Below, in pieces: positions 20,503-31,226 of a stretch of 64,000 nt of DNA. The DNA lies in contig CP166615.1 in assembly GCA_041937175.2 (NCBI GenBank), positions 3,776,001 through 3,840,000 of the forward strand, read 5' to 3'. The notes beneath the pieces are model-generated. The model made no database searches. It saw nothing but the letters and a program-made list of their open reading frames with translations, and was not told the origin of the DNA. The position numbers were made by a program, and so were the translations under genes. The stretch is from Limnothrix sp. BL-A-16 (GTDB lineage Bacteria > Cyanobacteriota > Cyanobacteriia > CACIAM-69d). How positions within the stretch are numbered: position 1 is the first letter of the stretch; each line of letters opens with the position of its first letter.

Positions 20503-20535
20503 ATTCTAATTAATGCGAAATTGTTGCATTAGAAT
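20503..20535. promoter_or_regulatory. AT-rich nested palindrome, probable Fur box upstream of the AraC gene
   Basis: TAATGC-GAAATTGTT-GCATTA (20511-20531) overlapping ATTCTAAT...ATTAGAAT. Confidence 0.5.
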
Positions 20536-20770
20536 TTGTCCTTGAGCAAGCTGACCCGATCGTGATCTCTAGACATTTGCTAACCCGTTGTGGCTGCAAC
20601 ACCGATCGGGTTCGGTCATGCCACCGGGGCGATCGGGCTGCATCTGACCGTGGTTGTGCGGCGATATGCCATTGCCAAAACGAAGCACCTTGCCAAAACA
20701 GCAAAGTGCTTCGAGATATTCTGGGTTGCCAAGCTGGCGGGCCGGCTCCTGAATCGGGGAGCCGGTGGGA

Positions 20771-21262
20771 CTAACGATAGTTAGTAAATTGCAGCGCCAC
20801 GGGCAGATCTTCTTGCTTCAGGCGTTGGATCACCAGTTGCAGATCGTCTTTGGATTTGGCAGAAACGCGCACGGCATCGCCTTGAATCTGGGCTTGGGCT
20901 TTTTTGAACTCATCGCGAATCAGTTTGCTGATTTGTTTGGCGATGTCTTGGGGGATGCCCTTTTGGAGTTTCACCTTTTGGCGAACACGGTTGCCGCTCG
21001 CGGATTCAATGTCGCCAAAGTCAAAGATTTTCAGGTCTAGTTTTCGTTTGGCGGCCTTCTCGCGCAAAACGGCCGTGACGGCTTCGAGGGTCATTTCGCT
21101 GGCGGTTTCGATCGTGAGGTCGGTTTCGCCCAGCTCAACGATCGTGTTGGTGTCTTTTAGGTCGTAGCGGGATTTCAAATCTCGCTGCAATTGGTCGATC
21201 GCGTTGACCAGTTCTTGTCGATCGAACTCACTCACCACATCAAAGGAAAACGTCGAAGCCAT
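20771..21262 (-). CDS. yajQ: YajQ family cyclic di-GMP-binding protein
   Basis: [40 protein letters not shown]. Confidence 0.95.
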   Translation of the reverse strand: MASTFSFDVVSEFDRQELVNAIDQLQRDLKSRYDLKDTNTIVELGETDLTIETASEMTLEAVTAVLREKAAKRKLDLKIFDFGDIESASGNRVRQKVKLQKGIPQDIAKQISKLIRDEFKKAQAQIQGDAVRVSAKSKDDLQLVIQRLKQEDLPVALQFTNYR

Positions 21263-21382
21263 AACCCTAATTTTTCAATCCACACCAATACAAAATAAAT
21301 CGCCCAATTCGTGATCAATCTTCAGCCAGGGGCGATCGAGTTCCCATGAACCAGACTCGCCGATGGTGACTGATGCGGTTCC

Positions 21383-21796
21383 CTAGGCAATTTGCTGGAG
21401 CGCCTGCACAAACAGCGAAATCATGGCAATTTGCCCAATACCAAACATCAGCGATCGTAGGGGCGGAATGTTGGCCAAATAGGCCACCGAAAACAGCGCC
21501 CGCGCTCCCACAAAGGCCACCGCTGCCCAACCGGCCGCAGGGGTGTTGACCCCGGTGGCATAGGCCGCCAGGGCCGAAGCGGCATAGGGGGCAAAGGTTT
21601 CAATGCTGTTTTGGTGGGCCCAAGTGGCTCGCTTCCCATAGTCCGGCAGGCGATCGAACATGGCTCGGGGCGCACCCAAATCCATCCCCACCTGGAACCG
21701 GGCATAGGCCACCGCCAAGTAAGGAAAATAGACCAAAAAGCTCGCCGCAAAAACTGAACCCAGCAGCAAAGTGGGAATGCTAAAACCCAAAATCAT
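21383..21796 (-). CDS. MAPEG family membrane protein
   Basis: RATWAHQNSIE motif; hydrophobic helices. Confidence 0.88.
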   Translation of the reverse strand: MILGFSIPTLLLGSVFAASFLVYFPYLAVAYARFQVGMDLGAPRAMFDRLPDYGKRATWAHQNSIETFAPYAASALAAYATGVNTPAAGWAAVAFVGARALFSVAYLANIPPLRSLMFGIGQIAMISLFVQALQQIA

Positions 21797-21834
21797 GCGT
21801 TTTCACCTAGTCGAATTTCAGGACGTTGAATCAA

Positions 21835-22338
21835 CTAGTCGAAATAGAACAGCGTGACCACCCGGCGCTGTTCTTCGGCTTCCCGGCAGGTTTGCAGCAG
21901 GGTCACACTGTCATGGAAGGCAAAGCAAATTAACTGCTGGCAACGGGAAATAATTTCGTGGTTGCACAGGGAGCTGGCTTCAGCCAAAGAAAGCTGGTCA
22001 TTTTCCGGTTTTTCAACCAGATGAATCACCGATTCCAATTGATCGCGAGATTCGCGCGGTTGCCGCTCCAAACTTTGGGGCAAAATCACGGTCAACAAAT
22101 TGGCATCGGCGCGCATGGCTCCGCGAATGGCGGCGGCGTTGGTTCCCGTAGCACCCGAAGTAATAATTTGATTCCCGGCCAGCACCAATGCATAGCTGAG
22201 GGTTTCAATCAATTGTTGATGCGTAATCGGCACGTGGCGCGAACCCAGGATGGCGATCCGCTTGGAGCCGGTTTGCTGGATTGCAGCGAGTTCCTGCAAA
22301 AAATCGTCAACCTTGGGAAGATCGAGAGACGGACTCAA
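21835..22338 (-). CDS. Conserved cyanobacterial DprA/SLOG-like Rossmann-fold protein
   Basis: IAILGSR, IITSGATGTNAAA, FAFHDS. Confidence 0.82.
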   Translation of the reverse strand: MSPSLDLPKVDDFLQELAAIQQTGSKRIAILGSRHVPITHQQLIETLSYALVLAGNQIITSGATGTNAAAIRGAMRADANLLTVILPQSLERQPRESRDQLESVIHLVEKPENDQLSLAEASSLCNHEIISRCQQLICFAFHDSVTLLQTCREAEEQRRVVTLFYFD

Positions 22339-22760
22339 GGGTGCTACGGGGCAATAACAACGCCGCCATTTTAACAGAGACTTGGAGGCTGGCGTTGCGG
22401 CCCAAGAATTTAAAAATGGGGTGGGCTGGCGGGCGCAAATTCAGGCCAGGATTGACGGAAGGATGCTTTCGGGGATGGTAATTCAGGGGATCGATTCGCA
22501 GAACAGCGGCTTTTGCTAGACTGAAGGTTCAATGGCGCGTGACTCAAAACAGTGACCCGTGAACCGGAGGGCTGCGCTCTCATCTTCATGACCCGATCGC
22601 CCCAGTTTGGTGCCACCGTTTAAGTTTTGCTTGGGGTGGCGGCTGGGTTGATCGATCGACCGTTCATCAGCGTTTTGGTTTCGGGTTTCTGCGTTGTGCC
22701 ATTGTGTTGCGTCATTGTGTAGAACTCACCTCGCCAGCCGATCGCGGCGACGTAATTTTG

Positions 22761-23282
22761 ATGAGTGATCCGGATTTGAAGTTGAACGCGCAAGAGCTGG
22801 CCCTGTTGACGGCTGAGGGCATTGAAGACGAAGGGGACGATGAGACGGTCGTAGAGTTTGCGCCGCCCTTGGCCAAAGGGGCGGTCTATCAACTGGGACG
22901 TGGTTCCAGCTATGAAGTGGCGATCGCGGCGGCCAACGCGGCGGACGATCGCAAAGGGGAAGATATTGCGCTGCTGGAGGTGACGGAGGTTTCCTACCTG
23001 GCGGACTATTTCCTGATTGTGACCGGGTTTTCACGGGCCCAAATTCGTGCCATTGCCGACGCGATCGAAATGAAGCTGAAAACCGAGTTCGATCGCCGGC
23101 CCCAAAACACCGCTGGCTATGGCGATGGCGGCTGGGTTTTGCATGACTACGGCGATGTGGTGGTGCATGTGATGATGCCCACGGAGCGCGAATACTACAA
23201 CCTGGAAGCCTTTTGGGGCCACAGCAGGCGGCTGGAGTTTCGGCCCCTGCCCGCCCCCGAATCGCCCCACACGGCCGGCTAA
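22761..23282 (+). CDS. rsfS: Ribosome silencing factor RsfS (Iojap)
   Basis: AADDRKGEDI, LADYF, WVLHDYGDVVVHVM, REYYNLEAFW; exact start uncertain. Confidence 0.93.
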   Translation: MSDPDLKLNAQELALLTAEGIEDEGDDETVVEFAPPLAKGAVYQLGRGSSYEVAIAAANAADDRKGEDIALLEVTEVSYLADYFLIVTGFSRAQIRAIADAIEMKLKTEFDRRPQNTAGYGDGGWVLHDYGDVVVHVMMPTEREYYNLEAFWGHSRRLEFRPLPAPESPHTAG

Positions 23283-23350
23283 GGATCTCAATTCCGATCC
23301 CCCAGCCCATGATCCATGCCTGAGCGGCGCAACAGAGCTGATTAAATCCC

Positions 23351-23857
23351 TTGTCTATGACGCGATCGCCCCGTTCGGTTTGCCCCGTTCCCGAAGAACA
23401 ACAACCCCTCAACGAGTTTTCCGAGTTGAAGGAGGCTTGGCTATTGTCTTGGCCCACCTTGCCGAGCCGAGGGTTGGTGATCAAGCTGCTGTGGATTTGG
23501 GCCTGGAGCTGGTTGGTGGTGGGGCCCGTGGCCGCCGCCAGCTTCCCCCTCAAAAAAGACCTGGCCCACTTTCTGTTGGGGGCCGGCGGCGGGGCTGTGT
23601 TGCCCGTGTTGTTGGTGTTGGCGCGGATTTATTCGGCCTGGAGCTATGTGGGCCGTCGCCTGTTCAGCGAAAAAATTATCTATGAAGAATCCGGCTGGTA
23701 TGACGGCCAGGTCTGGGAAAAGGCTCCGGAAATGTTGGCTCAGGATCGGCTAGTGGTTTCCTATGAGGTGAAGCCCACGCTCGATCGGCTCCGGCGGTTG
23801 GTGCTGATTTTGGCAGGAACCCTGCTGGCGGGGGCGGCCGTTTGGGGCCTGGTCTAG
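23351..23857 (+). CDS. ycf36: CGLD27 / Ycf36 family protein
   Basis: CPVPEEQQPLNE, YEESGWYDGQVWEK. Confidence 0.9.
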   Translation: MSMTRSPRSVCPVPEEQQPLNEFSELKEAWLLSWPTLPSRGLVIKLLWIWAWSWLVVGPVAAASFPLKKDLAHFLLGAGGGAVLPVLLVLARIYSAWSYVGRRLFSEKIIYEESGWYDGQVWEKAPEMLAQDRLVVSYEVKPTLDRLRRLVLILAGTLLAGAAVWGLV

Positions 23858-24063
23858 GGCCGGTTCGGTTAACCTGGATGGGGAACAGTGGGCGCGATCG
23901 AACTCCCTGTTGTTACACGGCCCAGACCCGTTCAAGACCCGTTCAAGACCGACGGAACAATGAAAAAATAGGCTAATTGCCGAAGCTGATCTTAAATTGC
24001 GGTGAACAATCGCAGTTTTTGACGGAATTAATGTCTAACTAAACAAGTTTCAAACCAGTTTTT

Positions 24064-25017
24064 ATGACTCGGGGCAAATTAACACGCGCGGCCGATATTG
24101 AAATTCGCTTGCTGCGAGAAGGGTTGGTGGAATCCACCCACATGGTGCAAGCAGTGGCCTGCGATGATCGGGGGCGCTTGTTGATGTTGGCGGGCGATTC
24201 CGGCATCTCCAGCTTTGCGCGATCGGCTCTGAAACCCTTCCAGGCCCTGGCTGTCGTCGCTTCTGGAACCTTGGATCACTTCGGCCTCAGCAATCGCGAC
24301 CTGGCGATTATGTGCAGTTCCCATCAGGGAGACATTGCCCAAGCCCGCCAAGTGTTCAACATCCTTTGGCATTGCGGCATTGAACCCAGTGCCCTCCAAT
24401 GCCCCATTCCCCAGGGCAAATCCAGCGCCCTTCAGCACAACTGCTCTGGCAAACATGCGGGGATGTTGGCCATGTGTCGCCACGGCAATTGGTCGATCGG
24501 GGACTATCTGCAATATTCCCACCCCGCCCAGCAAGCCGTTTCTAGCGTCATTGGCGAACTGCTCGGGATTCCTGCTCAAGAATTCGTTGTGGCCCGCGAC
24601 GATTGCGGCGCACCCACCTATCTGATGCCCCTTCAGGAGTTGGCCACCCTGTTTGCCAAGCTCACATCCGGTGACAATCTGCAATTGGAGCGCATCGTGC
24701 GGGCCATGACCGGCTATCCGGAACTGATTTCCGGCCATGGTGGTTTTGATACGGATTTGATGCGGCTGACGGGGGGCGAAATTGTCAGCAAAGCAGGAGC
24801 TGAAGGAATGCAATGTATGGGCCGCGTGGGCGAGCGGCTGGGTGTTGCCATCAAGGTGACGGACGGAGCTAAACGGGCTAAATATGCCGCTGCGATCCAC
24901 ATCCTGAAGCAGTTGGGCTGGATTGGGCCCGATGTGTCGGAAGCGCTGGAAGAAAAATATGTGCAGCTCAATGCCTTTAAGCGTTTGGAAGCGATCGGGG
25001 AGTTAAAAATCGCCTAG
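24064..25017 (+). CDS. L-asparaginase II family protein
   Basis: RSALKPFQA, SSHQG, HNCSGKHAG, SKAGAEG, KVTDG. Confidence 0.9.
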   Translation: MTRGKLTRAADIEIRLLREGLVESTHMVQAVACDDRGRLLMLAGDSGISSFARSALKPFQALAVVASGTLDHFGLSNRDLAIMCSSHQGDIAQARQVFNILWHCGIEPSALQCPIPQGKSSALQHNCSGKHAGMLAMCRHGNWSIGDYLQYSHPAQQAVSSVIGELLGIPAQEFVVARDDCGAPTYLMPLQELATLFAKLTSGDNLQLERIVRAMTGYPELISGHGGFDTDLMRLTGGEIVSKAGAEGMQCMGRVGERLGVAIKVTDGAKRAKYAAAIHILKQLGWIGPDVSEALEEKYVQLNAFKRLEAIGELKIA

Positions 25018-25040
25018 CCCTTGAGTGGATGTTGATTCGC

Positions 25041-25538
25041 TCAACCACTCAATTTCTCCTCTGAATCGACATCTTGATCGGCATATTCGATCGGCAGGGT
25101 GATCGCCAACTCCCAGGAAAAGGGCGGCTCGATCGGGAACGTCTTCAAAGGTAATTTTGTTTCCACAAAAGCTTGCTCGCGGGCTTGGGGATAGGCCTGC
25201 TCGATCGCGCAGGGCAGCCAGGGTTTCAAGCTGGGATTTTCAGTGAGTAACCGTTGAATTTCCCGACGTGCGGAACGAATGCTAAATACCCAAGAATTCG
25301 ATCGCTTACGGGGTTGAAATTGCCACTTCAAAAGATGTAGATAAAGCCGCTCCAATTGGCTCACCAAAGCTCGCTTTTCCGATCGCCCCAAGCTTTCAAC
25401 CTCTTCTAACAAATTCTCCAGATCCAATTGATCAAACTGCCCCGATCGCAACAGTTCGGCCTGTTGTTGCACCCAGCCGTAATAGTCGCTGTCGTAGGTG
25501 ATCGGGGCGATCAGCTCGATAGTCGTCTGTATTTCCAT
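25041..25538 (-). CDS. DUF29 family protein
   Basis: YDSDYYGW..Q..LLR..LDLENLLEEVESLG, HLLKWQFQ, NPSL. Confidence 0.93.
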   Translation of the reverse strand: MEIQTTIELIAPITYDSDYYGWVQQQAELLRSGQFDQLDLENLLEEVESLGRSEKRALVSQLERLYLHLLKWQFQPRKRSNSWVFSIRSARREIQRLLTENPSLKPWLPCAIEQAYPQAREQAFVETKLPLKTFPIEPPFSWELAITLPIEYADQDVDSEEKLSG

Positions 25539-25549
25539 GCGGTGGCATC

Positions 25550-26008
25550 CTAATCCTGAACAACAGATTCGATCGGCAGGGTGATCGCCAATTCCCAGGA
25601 AAAGGGCGGCTCGATCGGGAATGTATCGATCGGTAAGCCCGTTTCCCGGGCGGCTTTTTTGCGGGCCTGCTCGTAACTCTTGGGAATCCAGCTTTCTAAA
25701 TCACGCCGAAAACTAGGATTATCTTCCAGTAATTCCAAGATTTCATCCCGCGCATCTTCAATTGAGAAAACCCAGGAGTTCGATCGCTTCTGGGGTTGGT
25801 ATTGCCATTTCAGCAAATGCCAATAGAGCCGGACAATTTGACTGGTTAAGGCTCGCTTTTCCAATCGCCCCAAGCTTTCAACCTCTTCTAACAAATTCTC
25901 CAGATCCAATTGATCAAACTGCCCCGATCGCAACAGTTCGGCCTGTTGTTGCACCCAGCCGTAATAGTCACTGTCGTAGGTGACGGGGGCGATCGTTTTG
26001 GAAGTCAT
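25550..26008 (-). CDS. DUF29 family protein (tandem paralog)
   Basis: Same motifs; shares near-identical DNA tracts with 25041-25538. Confidence 0.93.
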   Translation of the reverse strand: MTSKTIAPVTYDSDYYGWVQQQAELLRSGQFDQLDLENLLEEVESLGRLEKRALTSQIVRLYWHLLKWQYQPQKRSNSWVFSIEDARDEILELLEDNPSFRRDLESWIPKSYEQARKKAARETGLPIDTFPIEPPFSWELAITLPIESVVQD

Positions 26009-26093
26009 TGGCTCAAACTCCTCAGCGCCTTGGCGATCGAGAAATCGCAATTCTGCCCAGGGTCGCTGTTGTTATTGTGCAAGATCCAGCACA

Positions 26094-26251
26094 GTGGCGG
26101 CACAGTCCGTGAAAGGTCATCAAACCCGCAAAACCCTTGCCCAAGAACCCTTCTACCCTGCTAGACAAGGGGCTTAAGCCCCTTGCTCCCTGACGATTGG
26201 GTAACAGCCAAGCTCCCGACGGAACCCGCAATTTCCGGACTGTCACGCCAC
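26094..26251. mobile_element. 158-bp MITE-like element related to 719-860
   Basis: Ends GTGGCGGCACAGTCCG / revcomp GTGGCGTGACAGTCCG; flanks CA and TA; perfect CAAGGGGCTTAAGCCCCTTG at 26166-26185. Confidence 0.65.
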
Positions 26252-26350
26252 TACCGTTCCAACCGCTCGAACTGGCCCGGCTGTCCCGTTGCGCTGATAT
26301 CCTGAAAAGCATCAAGACTGAATCATAAGAATTTCCCTTTTTCGCCCGCC

Positions 26351-28396
26351 ATGTCCGTTACTGCGCCGCCCCAAGCCCGAGACCCGATCGCCTTTCCGCT
26401 GACGGCGGTGATCGGCCAAGAGTCGATCAAGATGGCTTTGCTGTTGGCGGCGATCGATCCGGGCCTGGGGGGCGTGGCGATCGCCGGTCGGCGCGGCACG
26501 GCCAAATCGGTGATGGCCCGGGCGATCCATGCCCTGCTGCCCCCGATCGAAGTGGTAGACGGCTCCCTCAGCAACTGCGACCCAGACGCGCCCGATCGCT
26601 GGGAAGACGGCTTGCAATTTCACGGCGAAGTGCCCCGGAAAGTCATCCCCGCGCCCTTTGTGCAAATCCCTCTGGGTGTGACCGAAGATCGGCTCCTGGG
26701 TTCCGTGGATGTGGGCCAGTCCGTGAAGCGCGGCGAAACGGTGTTTCAGCCCGGTTTGCTGGCGGAAGCGAACCGGGGCGTGATGTATGTCGATGAAATC
26801 AATTTGCTCGATGACCAAATCGCCAACCTGCTGCTGGGATCCCTGAGCGAAGGGCGCAACCAAATTGAGCGGGAAGGAATCAGCTTTGCCCACCCCTGCC
26901 AAGCCCTGTTGATTGCCACCTACAACCCGGAAGAGGGGCCGCTGCGGGAACACCTGCTCGATCGAATCGCGATCGCCCTGTCCGCCGATGGAGCCTTGGG
27001 CTTGGATCAGCGGGTGGAAGTGGTCGATCGGGCTGTGGGCTATGCCCGATCGCCCCAGGACTTCCTTGGGCAATACGCCGAAGAACTGGACGGCCTGAAA
27101 ACCCAAATCCTGTTGGCGCGTGAATGGCTGAAGGACGTGACCATCAGCCGCGAGCAGTTGGAATATTTGGTGCAAGAGGCGGTACGCGGCCGGGTGCAGG
27201 GCCACCGGGCGGAACTGTTTGCGGTGCGCGTGGCCAAGGCCCATGCGGCCCTCGATGGGCGGACGGCGGTGAATGCCGATGATTTGCGGGTGGCGGTGGA
27301 ATTGGTGATTGTGCCCCGGGCCACGGTGATTGAAACGCCGCCGGATGAGCAACAGCCGCCGCCGCCCCCGCCGCCGCAACAACAACCGGAAGCGGAACAG
27401 GAACAGGACGACGAAACCGACAACGAAAACGAAGACCAAGACGAAAACGAAGACGAGGATCAACCGGACGAGCCGCCCGCAATCCCCGAGGAATTCGTGT
27501 TCGACCCGGAAGGGGTGGTGATGGATCCGTCGGTGCTGCTGTTTGCCCAAACCACGGCCCAGCGATCGGGCGGTAGCTCCGGCAGTCGATCGATCATCTT
27601 CTCGGACGATCGGGGGCGCTACATCAAACCCGTGTTGCCCCGGGGCCCCGTGCGCCGGATTGCCGTCGATGCCACCCTCCGATCGGCCGCGCCCTACCAA
27701 AAAGCCCGCCGCGCCCGGGCCGCCGCTGCGGGCGAAACGGGTCGCCGCGTGTTCGTGGAAGAAAGCGACGTGCGGGCCAAGCGCCTGGCCCGCAAGGCTG
27801 GAGCCTTGGTCGTATTTGTGGTGGATGCGTCGGGATCGATGGCCCTGAACCGGATGCAGTCGGCTAAGGGTGCGGTGTTGCGGTTGCTGACGGAGGCTTA
27901 CCAAAACCGCGATCAGGTGTCGCTGATTCCCTTCCGAGGTGAGCAAGCGGAGGTGCTGTTGCCGCCCACGCGATCGATTTCGGCGGCCAAGCGACGGCTG
28001 GAAACCATGCCTTGCGGCGGCGGTTCACCTTTGGCCCACGGCTTGACCCAGGCGGTGCGCGTGGGAACCAATGCCCGCCAGTCGGGGGATGTGGGGCAAG
28101 TGGTGATTGTGGCAATTACGGACGGTCGGGGAAATGTGCCCCTCGCCCGATCGCTCGGCCAGCCCATGGAGCCGGACGAAAAACCCGATGTGAAGCAAGA
28201 GCTACTAGACATTGCGGGCAAAATCCGTGCCCTGAACATCAAGCTGCTGGTGATCGACACCCAAAGCAAATTCGTTTCGACGGGTTTCGCCAAGGAAATG
28301 GCAGAAATGGCGGGCGGCAAGTATTACCACCTGCCGAAAGCGACCGATCGGGCGATCGCCGAAATGGCCCGAGGGGCGATCGCCGATCTGAAATAG
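26351..28396 (+). CDS. chlD: Magnesium chelatase subunit D
   Basis: AAA+ domain (GRRGTAKS), poly-Pro/acidic linker, vWA domain (VDASGSM, TDGRGN). Confidence 0.97.
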   Translation: MSVTAPPQARDPIAFPLTAVIGQESIKMALLLAAIDPGLGGVAIAGRRGTAKSVMARAIHALLPPIEVVDGSLSNCDPDAPDRWEDGLQFHGEVPRKVIPAPFVQIPLGVTEDRLLGSVDVGQSVKRGETVFQPGLLAEANRGVMYVDEINLLDDQIANLLLGSLSEGRNQIEREGISFAHPCQALLIATYNPEEGPLREHLLDRIAIALSADGALGLDQRVEVVDRAVGYARSPQDFLGQYAEELDGLKTQILLAREWLKDVTISREQLEYLVQEAVRGRVQGHRAELFAVRVAKAHAALDGRTAVNADDLRVAVELVIVPRATVIETPPDEQQPPPPPPPQQQPEAEQEQDDETDNENEDQDENEDEDQPDEPPAIPEEFVFDPEGVVMDPSVLLFAQTTAQRSGGSSGSRSIIFSDDRGRYIKPVLPRGPVRRIAVDATLRSAAPYQKARRARAAAAGETGRRVFVEESDVRAKRLARKAGALVVFVVDASGSMALNRMQSAKGAVLRLLTEAYQNRDQVSLIPFRGEQAEVLLPPTRSISAAKRRLETMPCGGGSPLAHGLTQAVRVGTNARQSGDVGQVVIVAITDGRGNVPLARSLGQPMEPDEKPDVKQELLDIAGKIRALNIKLLVIDTQSKFVSTGFAKEMAEMAGGKYYHLPKATDRAIAEMARGAIADLK

Positions 28397-28410
28397 GGGC
28401 GATCGCCCGG

Positions 28411-28977
28411 TTACGACTCTCGACGCTTCAGCCAGCTAAACAACTCGTCTACGGTTAACGCCAAGGTCAGTTCCGGCAACACCGGCAGGCGATCGCTTCC
28501 CGATAACTCCAGCGGCAACGCATCGGGCAAAAACACCACCACCACCCGATCGCGCGGCATCACCAACCAGCCCAACTGGCCCCCGTGGCGCAAGCAGTGC
28601 AGCAGGTTTCGCACCACGCGGGTTTCTCCCTGGGCTGGCGACAGGATCTCGATCGCCCAGTTGGGAGCCACCGTCATCCCAAAGTCCGAAATTTCCCCCG
28701 CCTCATCGATCGGCACATCGGTTTCGCGGACAACGATTAAGTCCGGCACGATCGAGCGGCCGCCAAAGGTGCAGCGCATCTCCGTTAGCGCTTCCCAGGG
28801 GGAATCAATGGCATTAATGGCCCCACCCAATCGAATTTGTAGACGGCTGTGTTTTCCACCAGGCATCGGTTTTTGGATCGGCCCTTGATCGTGAAACTCC
28901 CAGGCCGGTGAGTCATCAATATCCGGCTGTTGCAAAAACTCGGCCAGCGATAAACCTGAAGCGATCGTGGCAACCAT
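28411..28977 (-). CDS. Uma2 (DUF820) family endonuclease
   Basis: QKPMPGGKHS, SIVPD, APNWAIEILSP, LGWLV. Confidence 0.92.
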   Translation of the reverse strand: MVATIASGLSLAEFLQQPDIDDSPAWEFHDQGPIQKPMPGGKHSRLQIRLGGAINAIDSPWEALTEMRCTFGGRSIVPDLIVVRETDVPIDEAGEISDFGMTVAPNWAIEILSPAQGETRVVRNLLHCLRHGGQLGWLVMPRDRVVVVFLPDALPLELSGSDRLPVLPELTLALTVDELFSWLKRRES

Positions 28978-29203
28978 GATCAAATTGCTACTGTTCGATG
29001 GGTCGGGTCGATCCCTCAATCATGACGGAGAATCGATCGACTCAGCGTTGTGCTAGGCGATGATGATAAACCCGAATCGTCTGGTTTTATGGTAGATGGG
29101 GCACAGCAAAGCAGCCATTGCAGCATCAATCCCATTCCAGAATTTGCAATAGAATCCAATCAACAGAAATGATCTCGCGGCGCTGTTCGCGGGCTGCGTG
29201 CCT

Positions 29204-29782
29204 ATGACGGTTTCGATCGCCCCGATCGCCACCCTGGCGGAATTTCTCGATCGCCCCGATCTCGACGATTCGCCCGCTTGGGAATATCTCGATGGCCGGG
29301 CAGTCCAAAAGCCCATGCCCAAGTTTCGCCATTCCCTGCTGCAAAAACGACTGATTCGGGCGATCGACGCGGTGGGCGATCGCTACACGGCTATGCCGGA
29401 ATTGCGCTGTACCTTTGGCGATCGCTCGATCGTCCCCGATGTGGCGGTGGTTGCTTGGGAACGGGTGGTGCTGACGGATGACGGTGAGCCGATCGATCAG
29501 TTTTTAGCCGCTCCAGATTGGATGATTGAAATTCTGTCCCCAGAGCAATCAACGACCAGAGTGCTAGATAAGCTATTGCACAGTTTGCAATTTGGTAGTC
29601 AGTTGGCTTGGTTAGTTGATCCCCAGGATCGATCTGTTTTGACCTTGTTGCCCGATCGCTCACCCTTAATCGGTCGGCGGGCAGATCCCTTGCTTTGCTT
29701 ACCGGACTTGCCCCTGACCCTGACGGCAGAGCAGATTTTTGGTTGGCTGAAGGTGGGTTCACAACCGGAGGAAACTGCGTGA
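29204..29782 (+). CDS. Uma2 (DUF820) family endonuclease
   Basis: QKPMPKFRHS, PELRC, SIVPD, APDWMIEILSP, WLVDP. Confidence 0.92.
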   Translation: MTVSIAPIATLAEFLDRPDLDDSPAWEYLDGRAVQKPMPKFRHSLLQKRLIRAIDAVGDRYTAMPELRCTFGDRSIVPDVAVVAWERVVLTDDGEPIDQFLAAPDWMIEILSPEQSTTRVLDKLLHSLQFGSQLAWLVDPQDRSVLTLLPDRSPLIGRRADPLLCLPDLPLTLTAEQIFGWLKVGSQPEETA

Positions 29783-30660
29783 CCGTTGCGCCCCATCCAA
29801 CGCCCGAGACCGATCGCACCTGGCATGGGTCGATCGATTTGCAGTTTGCGCGATCAGGCGATCGCACCCAGGTGCAGGCCCAAACCCGATCGCCCCTGCA
29901 ATTTCAGCGGCCTTTCTATCCCGAGGGGCCGGCGGTTTGCCATGCGGCCATGTTGCATGTGGCGGGGGGCATGGTCGGGGGCGATCGCCTGTCGATTTCG
30001 TTGGATTTGGCCCCGGAAACGGCGGCCCTGGTGACGACGGTTTCGGCGGCCAAGATCTATGGCAGTCGGGGGCGATCGCTGATCGATCCGGCCGGGCGGT
30101 TTGCCCAACAGTCGGTGCGGGTGCGGGTGGGCGAAGGGGCGCACCTGGAATGGTTGCCCCAGGAGACGATTATTTTTGATGGCGCACTCTATGAGCAGCG
30201 ATCGCGCATTGACTTGGCGGCGGGGGCCAGTTGGTTGGGCAGCGAAATTGTCCGACTGGGGCGCACGGCCGGCGGTGAGCGCTACGGCTGCGGCGAGTGG
30301 CGATCGCGCCTGGAAGTGTGGCAGGGCGATCGGCTAGTGTGGCTCGATCCGCAGCGGATTGATGCGACCGACCCGACCACCCGCGACGGTTCCCACGGGC
30401 TGGCGGGCTGCCCGATCGTTGGGACGCTGGCTTGGATTGGTGAGGAATTGCCCAAGGAGCTAATCACGGAAGCGCGATCGCACCTGCCCCAAGGCGATCG
30501 GGTCGATTGCGGCATCACACGGCTACAAGCCGGGCTGCTTTGTCGCTATCGGGGCCATTCGGTCAGCGAGGCCCGGCGCTGGTTCTGGCAGGTGTGGGAT
30601 TTGGTACGCCGTCACCAGCGTGATCGTCCCGCGATCGTCTCCCGGTTTTGGCCCCTCTGA
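29779..30660 (+). CDS. ureD: Urease accessory protein UreD
   Basis: PLQFQRPFYPEG, GGMVGGD, LEWLPQETI; GTG start overlaps the Uma2 stop. Confidence 0.93.
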   Translation: MTVAPHPTPETDRTWHGSIDLQFARSGDRTQVQAQTRSPLQFQRPFYPEGPAVCHAAMLHVAGGMVGGDRLSISLDLAPETAALVTTVSAAKIYGSRGRSLIDPAGRFAQQSVRVRVGEGAHLEWLPQETIIFDGALYEQRSRIDLAAGASWLGSEIVRLGRTAGGERYGCGEWRSRLEVWQGDRLVWLDPQRIDATDPTTRDGSHGLAGCPIVGTLAWIGEELPKELITEARSHLPQGDRVDCGITRLQAGLLCRYRGHSVSEARRWFWQVWDLVRRHQRDRPAIVSRFWPL

Positions 30661-30771
30661 GCGTTCCCAACCCCGAAACCCAAAATCTTCGCAATCAATC
30701 GGTGGCCTGCTAGACAAATCGCGGTACAACCAACAACAGAGTATTGGCAAGATGACCTGCGCGATCGCCCT

Positions 30772-31074
30772 ATGCAACTCACGCCCCAAGAAAAGGACAA
30801 GCTGCTGATTTTCACCGCCGCTCTGTTGGCTGAGCGCCGCAAAAATCGCGGACTGAAGCTCAACTATCCGGAGGCCGTGGCCTATCTGACGGCGGCCATT
30901 TTGGAAGGGGCGCGAGACGGAAAAACGGTGGCGGAACTGATGGCGGAGGGGACAACGCTGCTCACTCGGGATGAGGTGATGGAGGGGGTGGCCGAGATGA
31001 TCCACGATGTGCAGGTGGAAGCGACATTTCCCGACGGCACGAAATTGGTGACCGTGCATGACCCCATTCGTTAG
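30772..31074 (+). CDS. ureA: Urease subunit gamma
   Basis: [11 protein letters not shown]...[17 protein letters not shown]. Confidence 0.98.
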   Translation: MQLTPQEKDKLLIFTAALLAERRKNRGLKLNYPEAVAYLTAAILEGARDGKTVAELMAEGTTLLTRDEVMEGVAEMIHDVQVEATFPDGTKLVTVHDPIR

Positions 31075-31084
31075 TAGGGGCGTA

Positions 31085-31226
31085 GGGGGTGTCGTCATTT
31101 TTCGAGGTGATGCTAGAACGGTTGATCTTCTGTGTCCTAACCGTCGTAACAAGATGCTCAAGCCCCTTGTCCCTCACGATCCGCTAACGGCAGATCTAGG
31201 GTTTCGGGTTAAACGACGACAGGCCC
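31085..31226. mobile_element. 142-bp MITE-like element inserted at TA inside a GTAG-type REP
   Basis: TIRs GGGGGTGTCGTCATTT / revcomp GGGCCTGTCGTCGTTT; TA at 31083-84 and 31227-28; degenerate central palindrome CAAGATGCTCAAGCCCCTTG (31150-31169). Confidence 0.7.

Noticed and set aside
26312..27946. 544-aa minus-strand ORF (likewise 6748-8142, 32906-33802, 54743-55702 and others)
   Set aside because: Antisense shadows of GC-rich genes (chlD, clpC, ureC, kinase) with no recognisable motifs
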